From: a virus
Lineage: Duplodnaviria > Heunggongvirae > Uroviricota > Caudoviricetes
Length of the DNA: 34,274 nucleotides
Direction: 5' to 3' (one strand)
Virus record (IMG/VR): IMGVR_UViG_2740892426_000003
Shown here piece by piece: positions 7,579 to 16,122 of this stretch. The stretch's first letter is position 1. Each line of letters begins with the position of its first letter. The notes beneath the pieces were generated by a model. It did no database searches. It saw only the letters and a list, made by a program, of their open reading frames with translations, and was not told where the DNA came from. Made by a program: the position numbers and the translations under genes.

Positions 7579-8681
7579 TCTTCCAGCCCCAACTCACACT
7601 CCACCGCCGTCCCATACCCACTGCTGTTATCCAACGTATGCACACACCGCGTAATCACCCACGCGGTGCCGTCAATCTCCGCCTTAAACCCCTTAACCTG
7701 CAGTGGTAATTCCGGGAACAAATCGGGCCGTCCACGCGCAAGATTCAGGCTGAACGTTGCCGCGCCGCGCTGTAATTGCTCCCACGCGCTTTTTGCCGCC
7801 CGGTAGGCGTTATTTTTGTTGGCATAGGTGTGGCGCAACACCTTGATATTTCCCTCTTCGCCTACCATCACGTTATCGGCGTTGAATGAGGCGTCTGATG
7901 GGGGAGATTCCGTTGGTTGCGTTTGCGGACGATTTTTCCGTGTCTTGCGCTTCACGTCAGTGGACTGCTTTTTAGCCTGCCGCGTATCCAGCCAGTAGGC
8001 CGTAACGCCGGTATAGGCTTCCCTGTCCGCGATGCTGAACCGGTGACTGTCGCCGTCCTCGCGGGTAATGGTTGCGACCGGCAGCGGCTTTCCGCTGGCG
8101 CTTTTACCGGAACCTGTCGGCATCAGTAACAGAGCATCATTTTTCACGCAGGCGATAGCGCCGTGCATTTGCGCCAGCCGGGTCAGGAAGGAGGCATCGG
8201 ATTCGTTAGTCTGGTCAACGTGCTCAATGGCGATCCCAGCCAGCTCGCCGCTGACGGTTGATTCCAGCTTATGGCGCGCCGCCACGGTTTGCACAATCGC
8301 GCCCAGCGTCACATCATGGTAGCTCTGTTCCCGTTTAACGTTCAGCGAATCGCGGAAATCGGCGCTGCGGGCGCGGAGGCTGAGTACGTCCGGTGCGCCG
8401 CTGTGCTCCAGTTCGTCCACGGTGAAGACATTCTGGTGCATCACGCCGTCACCCTTCCAGCCCAGAGAAACCGTTAGCTTTTCGCCCTTTGCCGGAAACG
8501 CCAGCAGGCCGTCGCTGTCGTCCAGTTCGAGCTGCAGTTCGTCGGCCTCAAAGCCCCGGTTGTCGGTGATACGCAGGCTGATTAAGCGGTTGTCCAGATT
8601 CCGCGTAATGTCCTTACCATTCAGCACCACGCTGTACTCCGGCTGCGGTTGGGCGTTTAAGAGTGCGTTTAACATCGTCAT
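7575..8681 (-). CDS. D: tail protein D (late control gene D, P2 gpD-like)
   Basis: 368-aa ORF at the 3' end of the E-T-U-D tail operon; gene order and length as in P2. Confidence 0.85.
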   Translation of the reverse strand: MTMLNALLNAQPQPEYSVVLNGKDITRNLDNRLISLRITDNRGFEADELQLELDDSDGLLAFPAKGEKLTVSLGWKGDGVMHQNVFTVDELEHSGAPDVLSLRARSADFRDSLNVKREQSYHDVTLGAIVQTVAARHKLESTVSGELAGIAIEHVDQTNESDASFLTRLAQMHGAIACVKNDALLLMPTGSGKSASGKPLPVATITREDGDSHRFSIADREAYTGVTAYWLDTRQAKKQSTDVKRKTRKNRPQTQPTESPPSDASFNADNVMVGEEGNIKVLRHTYANKNNAYRAAKSAWEQLQRGAATFSLNLARGRPDLFPELPLQVKGFKAEIDGTAWVITRCVHTLDNSSGYGTAVECELGLED

Positions 8682-9106
8682 AGTCCGTCTACCATCGTGA
8701 TGATGTCGCCCAGCAAGCCACCCAGCTTCGGCGGATCGACACGTTTTAACGCCAGCGTAAACTCAATGCGCCGGGCCGCACCGTCGCGAAAAAAGACGCT
8801 CCGGGTGACGTTCAGACTCTCAATCACAAACCAGCCATGCAGCGAGCCGGTGCCTTCAATCAGCGGCCACGCCATCCCCTGATCGGCCATCTTACGCAGG
8901 AAAAACAGGGTAAATCGCCCGCCGGTCAGTTCCGGCAACAGCACGCCGTTTAGCGTAATGGTTTCGTCACCCACGCCGATAAACTGGCTGGCCGGACGTA
9001 GCCCCACGCGGGAACTGGCAGGATGCCGCCACGCTACGGCGTGCTGCATATCCTGATAGGGCAGGGTTTTCAGGCTGAAGACGAACAGCCCCAGTACCAT
9101 CATCAT
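8678..9106 (-). CDS. U: tail protein U (P2 gpU-like)
   Basis: Start set at the internal ATG-ATG-ATG (MMMVLGLFVFSLKT...) preceded by TAAGGAG and overlapping the T stop; the ORF-track start at 9214 would run into gene T. Confidence 0.85.
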   Translation of the reverse strand: MMMVLGLFVFSLKTLPYQDMQHAVAWRHPASSRVGLRPASQFIGVGDETITLNGVLLPELTGGRFTLFFLRKMADQGMAWPLIEGTGSLHGWFVIESLNVTRSVFFRDGAARRIEFTLALKRVDPPKLGGLLGDIITMVDGL

Positions 9107-9116
9107 CTCATTCTCC

Positions 9117-11963
9117 TTAGTCGATATCGCGCAGGCTGCTGCGGGTTCTGGCGGCATTCTGCCGTTCGCGCTTGTCCAGTTCCTGCGCCACCAGTTTCGC
9201 CAGTTGTTGTTCATTCATGCCGGGAGCGGCGTGGATGTGAATAGTGACTGGCCCGCCGCTGGCTGCCGGTGCAGAAAGGGATGCTGGCGCGAGCGGGGCG
9301 CGATTATCCGGCAGGGCGGCGATAGGGGGCATGGCGACAGCGGCGGCGCTGAGCGTCAGCCCGGCACCGGCGGCGATTAACTGCTTCGAGAGTTGCCCTA
9401 CGCTGGCCAGCGCCGTTTGCGTGTTGTCCTCAATCCCGACCGCCAGCCCGTCCACGGTATAGCGGCCCATTTCGGCGAACACCCGCGACGGTGAATGAAT
9501 ACCGAGCTTGTCCTTAAACCAGTTGGAAATATTGCTGCCCAGATCCAGCACGCCCTGTTTAATCGCTTCCCATTTGGCAAAGATCCCCTGTTTCAGCCCT
9601 TCCATGATATTGCCGCCGATCTCGGTAAAGCGGGTGGACAGGTTACTGAAACTGTTCAGAACGTTATCCCAGACTGTGGTAAACACCGTGGACAGGTTCC
9701 AGTTGGTGAAAAAAGCAATGATGGCATTCAGGGCAGTGCTGACGGTGGTTTTAATTCTCTCCCAGATACCGGTGGCGGTAGTGGTAATGCCCGTCCATAT
9801 TTGTCCCAGAAATGCCACCACGCTGTTCCACGCCTCAACGGTCGTCGCTTTGATAGTATCCCAGTGCTGGTAAATCAGACCGGGCAGCGTCCAGTTCAGC
9901 AGGATATTCACCAGTCCGTCCCAGCAGCCGAAGAGAAACGTTTTAATCCCTTCCCAGACGGCGCTGGTTGTGGCTTTTACGCTGTTCCACGCATCGCTGC
10001 ATACCTGCTTAAAACTATTCCAGAGCGCGGCGAACTTCGGCCCCAGCCAGTCCCAGTTACTCCAGATCCAGATGGCGGCACCGGCGATCAGCGCAATCAC
10101 CACCAGAATCGGGTTAGCCATCATTGCGCGACCCAGCCAAATTACCGCTTTTCCCGCGCCTTTAAAGGCATTCGCCAGCAGCCCCAGCGCGCTGCTGCCC
10201 TTAATACCGAGCACCGACAGGCTGAGTTTTAGCGCCGCCATCGGGCCGAGGATACCGGCAAGCGTCAGGGATATGCCTCCGAGCGCCACGGCGAACGCGC
10301 CGATCGCCATGCCGATTTTCACCAGCGTGGCGGTTAGCTGCGGGTTGGCCTTTACCCACTGGCCGAGACGTTCCGCCATTCGTCCCAGCCATTCGGTAAG
10401 CTGTTTTAAATCCGGTGCAACGGTTTCACCAATGGCGGCCAGCGAGTTGGTAAAGGTACCGGAGGCCGCTTCCCATAAGTTTTTCAGGGTGCCTAGCTGT
10501 TCATTAACTCGCTGCTGCAGCGACGCCTGCGCGCTCATTTTCCCCTGAACGTCGTTATATCCGGCTGAGCCTTTCTCAATCAACAGGGAGATAACCTGCA
10601 GCGTCTCGGCATCGTCGCCGTAGAGGGATTTGATAATGCCGAGGCGGGTTTCCGTATTCAGGTCTTTCAGCTTATCCAGTTGCTTAAACATGTTATCCAG
10701 CCCGCCAAATTCCCCTTTGCCGTCGCTGAAACTAAGCTGAATATTCTGGCCCATTTTTGCCAGTTCATTGTTTACCTCTTTAATGTTGTCGGTATCCATG
10801 GATTTCTGGAATACCTTGCGGAAGGCGTTCCCGGCTGCGTCGCCGCGCATCCCGGCCTGATCGGCCATTACCAGCAACGGAGCCAGTGACTTAGCGCCCT
10901 CCAGCCCCTTGACTTTGATGATATCCATCGCGGCGGACATTTTGGCGAAGCCGTTGAGCATATTGTTGGCGTCCACGCCGAGGTAGTAGCTTTTCTGGAT
11001 CACGTCCATCAGCGACATCATGTCTTTTTCTGATGTACGGGTCGCATCCTGCATTTTGGCGGCAAACTCGGCAGCGGCTTCGGAAGGCATCTGGAGCTGC
11101 ACACCCAGATAAGCGGTCGCCTCACCCAGTCCGCCGAGAATGGACTGCGCCGACATCCCCTGCCTGCGTAACATAGTCATCATGTTCTGGAAGTCGGCAG
11201 TGGTGCCGGGGAGCCTGTCGCCCAGCGTCACGGCCAACTGGTTGATGGCTTCAAATTCGGGCAGGACGCCACTGGCGCCCATCATGGAAACCTTGAGCTG
11301 CGTTGAGGCGTTTTCCAGTTCGGCATAGGCTTTTACCGGAACCGCCAGTGTCATTCCGGTCGCGGTGCCGGTTGCCATCATGCCAGCGCCAAAGCCCGCC
11401 AGCTTGTTGCGGGCATCGATAGTTCCCGCGTAGCTGGATTTGGCGGAGTTCATCTTTTTCTGCTGCTGATTTAGGCGATTGAGTAACCGTTCTTGTTCTT
11501 TTAATTTTGTGTTATAGCGTTCAGTCTCCGTTTTTATTCTGACGGTAGCCTTTTCCCCCGCCTGCGTAGAAATACCCAGTCGATAGAGTTCCGCCCGTAA
11601 TTTGCCCATCTGAGTTATTTCTTGCTGTTGCTTATGTTCGAGCTGGCTGACTGTTCGCCACTGTCGTTCCAGCGCCTTTGTCTGCTTTTGTGTGGGGTTA
11701 TCCATTGCAGACATTTCGCGCGTCATCATCTGGGCTTTGAGACGAGCTTGATCCAGCTCTGTACCAAGCTGTTTAGTTGAACTCTTTAAACTATTAAATG
11801 TGGCTAATTGACCACTGGCCTGATTCAGTGCTTTGAGCTGGTTCCGTGTTTCTTTTAACGCACGGGCGGTTTCACCGCTGCCCTGCGTGACGGCTTTTAG
11901 CGGGCGGGTGATTTTATCTACGGCGCTGAGTAGTACCTGTAAACGAAGGTTTTGTGTGCTCAT
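9117..11963 (-). CDS. T: tail tape measure protein (P2 gpT-like)
   Basis: 948-aa ORF immediately downstream of E/E', with coiled-coil N-terminal half and hydrophobic central segments; start overlaps the E' stop (ATGA). Confidence 0.9.
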   Translation of the reverse strand: MSTQNLRLQVLLSAVDKITRPLKAVTQGSGETARALKETRNQLKALNQASGQLATFNSLKSSTKQLGTELDQARLKAQMMTREMSAMDNPTQKQTKALERQWRTVSQLEHKQQQEITQMGKLRAELYRLGISTQAGEKATVRIKTETERYNTKLKEQERLLNRLNQQQKKMNSAKSSYAGTIDARNKLAGFGAGMMATGTATGMTLAVPVKAYAELENASTQLKVSMMGASGVLPEFEAINQLAVTLGDRLPGTTADFQNMMTMLRRQGMSAQSILGGLGEATAYLGVQLQMPSEAAAEFAAKMQDATRTSEKDMMSLMDVIQKSYYLGVDANNMLNGFAKMSAAMDIIKVKGLEGAKSLAPLLVMADQAGMRGDAAGNAFRKVFQKSMDTDNIKEVNNELAKMGQNIQLSFSDGKGEFGGLDNMFKQLDKLKDLNTETRLGIIKSLYGDDAETLQVISLLIEKGSAGYNDVQGKMSAQASLQQRVNEQLGTLKNLWEAASGTFTNSLAAIGETVAPDLKQLTEWLGRMAERLGQWVKANPQLTATLVKIGMAIGAFAVALGGISLTLAGILGPMAALKLSLSVLGIKGSSALGLLANAFKGAGKAVIWLGRAMMANPILVVIALIAGAAIWIWSNWDWLGPKFAALWNSFKQVCSDAWNSVKATTSAVWEGIKTFLFGCWDGLVNILLNWTLPGLIYQHWDTIKATTVEAWNSVVAFLGQIWTGITTTATGIWERIKTTVSTALNAIIAFFTNWNLSTVFTTVWDNVLNSFSNLSTRFTEIGGNIMEGLKQGIFAKWEAIKQGVLDLGSNISNWFKDKLGIHSPSRVFAEMGRYTVDGLAVGIEDNTQTALASVGQLSKQLIAAGAGLTLSAAAVAMPPIAALPDNRAPLAPASLSAPAASGGPVTIHIHAAPGMNEQQLAKLVAQELDKRERQNAARTRSSLRDID

Positions 11964-12381
11964 GATTCAACACCGCTGCGCTGGCGGGCCTGCTCCCGCC
12001 AGTAAAGGGTTTCGCCAAGGGTTAATGCGTCCATCGCGGATAGCGGCCAATGGAAGATGACGGCTATGTCGCTTTGAGCCTCTTCTATGCGTCCGGGGTA
12101 TCCGCTGCTTCCGGCGAGGTCTGCGGCAAAAAACCGACAAGCGCCGTACCGAAAGCCGTCAGGTCGATAAAATCCAGTTGCGCCACCTCATGCTTATTCA
12201 GCGGCGGTGCGGTGATGCGCGGCAGAACGTTGGTGAGTGCATCTACGTTAAGGCTTAACAGCTCCACCAGACTGACACCGCGCAGGTCGCCGCCCAGCGG
12301 TTTACGGATCTGGAACTCGACAAATTCGGTTTCACCGCGTTTCAGGGGAGTATTCAGGGTAACGGTTTTACGTTCGCTCAT
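11960..12381 (-). CDS. tail assembly chaperone E+E' fusion made by programmed -1 ribosomal frameshift
   Basis: Slippery T-TTT-TTG (G-F-L codons) at about 12127-12133. The -1 frame is open from there to a TGA overlapping the T start codon, adding about 55 residues. This is the conserved tail-chaperone frameshift arrangement. Confidence 0.7.
12085..12381 (-). CDS. E: tail assembly chaperone E (P2 gpE-like)
   Basis: 98-aa ORF between tail tube and tape measure; contains an in-frame slippery heptamer near its 3' end. Confidence 0.85.
   Translation of the reverse strand: MSERKTVTLNTPLKRGETEFVEFQIRKPLGGDLRGVSLVELLSLNVDALTNVLPRITAPPLNKHEVAQLDFIDLTAFGTALVGFLPQTSPEAADTPDA
12127..12133 (-). other. 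programmed -1 frameshift slippery heptamer TTTTTTG
   Basis: Heptamer is in the X-XXY-YYZ register of gene E; the downstream -1 frame is stop-free until the T start. Confidence 0.7.
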
Positions 12382-12390
12382 GGTTCATCC

Positions 12391-12906
12391 TTACAGGCCA
12401 ATGGCGCGACGTGCGCCAGCCAGACGGTCTTTGCCGTCGATATTTTCAATAAAGTTCACGGTGTCGATTTCGACGATGATTTCACCGTTGACGCTCTCTT
12501 TGTAATAGGTACAAAGGGTGCTGATTTTGGTCGCGGAGTTCTCGCCCTGCTTGTATTCACCGCGATCCAGCTCTTTGTGGCGACCTCGCACCACGATTTC
12601 CACCGCGTCGTACTCTTCGCTGTCTTCACGCTGGATAGCGCCGGAGAATCGCAGCATCACGCCGCTGATCTTCGTCCAGCCGATCTGCCGCAGCGCCAGC
12701 AGCTCATAGCCGCCGATTGACCATTCCACGCTGAGCGCCTCGTCATCCAGTCCCAGATCGACATGCGCCGCGCCGTTCATCCCGCCGCCGCGATAGGCTT
12801 CCAGCTTGCGCGTCAGCTTTGCCGGGGTGAAGGACTCCACCTGTGCCAGATAGATATCGCCCTCGTTAAACAGGTTGAGGTATTTCAGTTTGCTGGGTAG
12901 TGCCAT
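12391..12906 (-). CDS. FII: tail tube protein FII
   Basis: 171-aa ORF between sheath and E, P2 order and size. Confidence 0.9.
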   Translation of the reverse strand: MALPSKLKYLNLFNEGDIYLAQVESFTPAKLTRKLEAYRGGGMNGAAHVDLGLDDEALSVEWSIGGYELLALRQIGWTKISGVMLRFSGAIQREDSEEYDAVEIVVRGRHKELDRGEYKQGENSATKISTLCTYYKESVNGEIIVEIDTVNFIENIDGKDRLAGARRAIGL

Positions 12907-12920
12907 GGTGCGTTCTCCTG

Positions 12921-14099
12921 TTACACGGTGGTGGCGATGGATTCAGCCAGATTGACCAGATAGCGGTCAGTAATGCGCTGGCGGAACATCAGGTTTTCCA
13001 GCGGCGGCACCGGGGTGTAGTCGTAGTCGATATACGCTTTACCCGCTTTCAGGATGTCCGGCGTGTTGGCGGCGGGATCGAACCATGCGGAACCATCGAC
13101 GATGTAGCCGTTGCCTTTCAGTTCGCGGAATTTGGCGTTCACGCCTTCGATAATGTCGCGGAACAGAGAAGCGTGTTGCGGTTTATCTACCGCCCAGAAG
13201 TGGGCGTCGGCGATGGTATCCGCCAGCACCTGCGCGGTGCGGGTATAGTTCTCAAAGGCAAACAGCGGATCGGTGCTACAGGTGCGCGATCCCCAGAAGC
13301 GATAGCCGCTGTTGCAAATCAGCGTGGTGACGTCGTGGCTGTTGAGGTAATCGGAATCGGTGGCGGTGGACTGCAGATCCCAGAATACGCTGCGGGAAAT
13401 GCCGGTCACGCCGTTGACGTCAACGTTGGATAGCGTTTTATGCCAGCCGGTTTCTTCATCAATTTTCGCGCGCAGGCCCACGGCGCGGGCGGTGGCGTAC
13501 AGGGTACGTTCGGCGGCAGCCTGTGTATCAAAGCCGACAAAATCTGGCCAGATAATCATCGCCTCTCGCGCACCGAGCTGATCGCGATACAGCACCGCCT
13601 CTTCTTTGGTCTGCGCGCCAAACGCCGACAGATAGCTGAAGGCGCGAAGCTGTTGTGAAATGCTGACCAGTTCGGTGGCGACGGGCAGGGAATCGAGTCC
13701 CGGTACCGCCAGAATGCGCGGTTTTATTTTCAGTTTGGTTTGCGAGTCCAGTAGCGCCTTCATGCCGGTGTATTTCCCGGCTGGCGTGCTGCCGCCGATG
13801 ATATTGGCGGTGGTTTCGGCAGCGGAGTCGCCGTCGGCTACGCGCACGGCGACCACCACCGGCTGCGTCTGGTCGGCGATGGCATCCAGCGAGTGCACCA
13901 GCGTACCGCTATCACCGGCTTTACCCAGCGCAGATCGCACGTCGGTTAACAGTACCGGGGTATCAAGGGGAAAGGTTTTTTCATCGGCGTCTGATCCGGT
14001 GCAGACGATGCCGATCACGGCGGTGGAGATGGTACGGATCGGGCGTACGCCTTCATTGATTTCAATAACGCGCGCGCCGTGGTGGTAGTCGGTTGCCAT
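12921..14099 (-). CDS. FI: contractile tail sheath protein FI
   Basis: Start set at MATDYHHGARVIEINEG (matches the recalled P2 FI N-terminus; preceded by GGAG). The longer ORF-track start (14186) would overlap the late-promoter dyad. Confidence 0.9.
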   Translation of the reverse strand: MATDYHHGARVIEINEGVRPIRTISTAVIGIVCTGSDADEKTFPLDTPVLLTDVRSALGKAGDSGTLVHSLDAIADQTQPVVVAVRVADGDSAAETTANIIGGSTPAGKYTGMKALLDSQTKLKIKPRILAVPGLDSLPVATELVSISQQLRAFSYLSAFGAQTKEEAVLYRDQLGAREAMIIWPDFVGFDTQAAAERTLYATARAVGLRAKIDEETGWHKTLSNVDVNGVTGISRSVFWDLQSTATDSDYLNSHDVTTLICNSGYRFWGSRTCSTDPLFAFENYTRTAQVLADTIADAHFWAVDKPQHASLFRDIIEGVNAKFRELKGNGYIVDGSAWFDPAANTPDILKAGKAYIDYDYTPVPPLENLMFRQRITDRYLVNLAESIATTV

Positions 14100-14169
14100 A
14101 AGGCGGGTCTCCATCAGGTCAATAAATGACGATGGTGGCACAGAGCGAAAAGGGCGGTGACGGCTTCCA

Positions 14170-14192
14170 CTTGTAACCACTGGCACTACAAG
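14170..14192 (-). promoter_or_regulatory. late-promoter activator site (CTTGTA-N11-TACAAG dyad) upstream of FI
   Basis: Dyad centred about 80 bp upstream of the FI start, just downstream of dam. Confidence 0.6.
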
Positions 14193-14204
14193 CAGAAGCA
14201 GTTT

Positions 14205-14963
14205 TTAATTCAGGATAATCAATTCTGATGTGGTGCTGGCTGGCTTTCCACCTACAGTATAGCGAATCCCTACCGTTGAAAATGTCAGGCCGTGGAAGAT
14301 ATCGCGCATTTCCGGGATGTCATTAACCGAGATAATCATCCGGCCCTGCATGGTGCGCGCCAGCTCTGCCATACGCTGGTACTGCTCAAGGCCAAATGGT
14401 ACGCCGTAGCCTTCGGTTTTCCAGTATGGCGGGTCGCAGTAGAACAGGGTATGCGGGCGGTCATAGCGGCGAATACAGTCGACCCAGTCCAGATTTTCAA
14501 TACAGACGCGCGCCAGCCGCAGATGGGCGGCGGATAAATCCTCTTCCATACGCAGCAGGTTCAGGCGCGGCGGTGAGGTGGTGGCGGTACCGAACGTGCG
14601 GCTTTCCACCTTACCGCCGAATGCCAGCTTTTGCAGATAGTAGAAGCGCGCCGCGCGCTGGATGTCGGTCAGCGTTTCTTCCGGGGTGATCTGGAGCCAG
14701 CGGTACATTTCGCGACTGACCAGCGACCATTTAAACTGGCGGACAAACTCTTCTAAATGGTGCTGGAGTACGCGGTAGAGGTTGGTAACGTCACCATTGA
14801 TATCGTTCAGCACCTCGGCCTGAGCGGGCTGTTTCATAAAGAACAACGCCGCCGCCCCGCAGAACGGTTCAACGTAGCAGCGGTGTTTGGGAAACAGCGG
14901 CAGAATGTGTTTTGCCAGCCTGCGCTTACCGCCGATCCACGGAATAATGGGTAACGTATTCAT
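14205..14963 (-). CDS. dam: Dam-family N6-adenine DNA methyltransferase (orphan, inside the late tail-fibre operon)
   Basis: 252-aa ORF with SAM-binding FCGAAALF and catalytic DPPY (YCDPPYW). Sits between G and FI, the position of Z/fun in P2. Confidence 0.85.
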   Translation of the reverse strand: MNTLPIIPWIGGKRRLAKHILPLFPKHRCYVEPFCGAAALFFMKQPAQAEVLNDINGDVTNLYRVLQHHLEEFVRQFKWSLVSREMYRWLQITPEETLTDIQRAARFYYLQKLAFGGKVESRTFGTATTSPPRLNLLRMEEDLSAAHLRLARVCIENLDWVDCIRRYDRPHTLFYCDPPYWKTEGYGVPFGLEQYQRMAELARTMQGRMIISVNDIPEMRDIFHGLTFSTVGIRYTVGGKPASTTSELIILN

Positions 14964-15427
14964 ATTGTCAATTTTCCAGATCGACTGCAGACCAGCGCAT
15001 ACAGCAGATTAGGTGAATAACGCCAGCTATCACGCAGATGCAGAAATTCGGCGCAGAACTCGCTGCAAAACAGGCGCTCCTGCTTGCCCTGACTGAGTAA
15101 CACAAAACCAATGGCACCCAGCCAGTCGTAACCTTTATCGTCGTGCTGACGAAAAAAGGTCTCCAGTGTCAGCGGATCGGCGTTGATCGGGAGTAAATCC
15201 CATTTCTCAATCGGCAGCGGCATTCTCTTGCTGCGCACGCCTTTATCCCGTACCGATGATGAGTAACAGATAAACAGGCCATCCGGCAGGCGTTCGACCA
15301 GTTCACAGTGAGAGTAAGGGCCGCGCGTGACCTGTCGCGTCAACCAGTCGGAGAGCCGTGCAAGGCTGAAAAAGCGTTCAGCCCGGCCACGGTAGAACGC
15401 CGCGTAAACCTGACTCATGGTTGCCAC
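14960..15427 (-). CDS. hypothetical 155-aa protein with conserved His/Cys motifs (possible permuted papain-like hydrolase), cargo at the G-FI locus
   Basis: Overlaps the G stop and dam start, so co-transcribed with the tail-fibre operon. YSHCELV and LFCSEFCAEF motifs; no firm family assignment. Confidence 0.6.
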   Translation of the reverse strand: MATMSQVYAAFYRGRAERFFSLARLSDWLTRQVTRGPYSHCELVERLPDGLFICYSSSVRDKGVRSKRMPLPIEKWDLLPINADPLTLETFFRQHDDKGYDWLGAIGFVLLSQGKQERLFCSEFCAEFLHLRDSWRYSPNLLYALVCSRSGKLTI

Positions 15428-16122
15428 CCTGACGAGTAGTCGTAATCCATAACCGCCTGTACCTCCGTCAATGCTTCAACGGTGGCAATATGCTGCTGGG
15501 CAGCGGCGAACAGGCGCATATCGTGCGCCATTGTTTCGGTTTCAAACCGGGCGGCGATTTCGTTGGTCAGTTCAATCAGGCCGTGATTTTTGGTCTGCCA
15601 CATTAAGCCCGTCGGTATTTGTTTTGCCATGCCCATTTTGGTGAGCGAGAGCTGCTGGATGCGGCTGTTAGCGTCGCTATGGAAATGGTGATCGTCGATG
15701 ATGATGTAGTCAGCGGTGATCCGATCGCGATACTGCTTTATTTCCGCCACCTTTGCCTGTCGGGCTTTTTCGATATCGGGCCGCCAGCGTTTGCCGTCCC
15801 AACGGACAAAGGTGTTATCAGGCTTCAGCAGAGTGACGTTATCCGGCAATGGCCCCAGATGATGAAGCTGTACCTCACTGCCCGCATCGGTATCAAACGC
15901 GGTTTTACCGCGATGATCTTCTACCGCAAGCCATGTTTCTCCGTTGAATGTCAGGGCAAAGCCGCTCTGGCATTCGGGCGGTTCGATAGTGGTACAGCAT
16001 TCCGGTAAGCCGGTGTTGGGGGCGATATAGGTGTCGCTGACGCCGATAAATTCCTGAGTATCTGCCGCGTAGTTAAAGATGAGCAGGGTTTGCGGTTCGT
16101 CGGAAAATGCGAATGTGCTCAT
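15415..16122 (-). CDS. G: tail fibre assembly protein (P2 gpG-like)
   Basis: 235-aa ORF immediately downstream of the tail fibre gene. Confidence 0.8.
   Translation of the reverse strand: MSTFAFSDEPQTLLIFNYAADTQEFIGVSDTYIAPNTGLPECCTTIEPPECQSGFALTFNGETWLAVEDHRGKTAFDTDAGSEVQLHHLGPLPDNVTLLKPDNTFVRWDGKRWRPDIEKARQAKVAEIKQYRDRITADYIIIDDHHFHSDANSRIQQLSLTKMGMAKQIPTGLMWQTKNHGLIELTNEIAARFETETMAHDMRLFAAAQQHIATVEALTEVQAVMDYDYSSGWQP

Noticed and set aside
8678-9214. ORF-track N-terminal extensions of U, FI, I, J, L and ogr
   Set aside because: Extended starts use non-ATG or RBS-less codons and overlap upstream genes or promoter dyads; internal ATGs with Shine-Dalgarno sequences and recalled P2 N-termini fit better.
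9495-10232. 245-aa plus-strand ORF (and similar 121-aa and 192-aa ORFs) inside the tape measure gene
   Set aside because: Antisense to a well-supported phage gene in GC-rich DNA, no RBS or coherent motif; typical spurious open frame.
12900-13433. 177-aa plus-strand ORF (and others) antisense to tail sheath FI
   Set aside because: Antisense to a strongly supported sheath gene.
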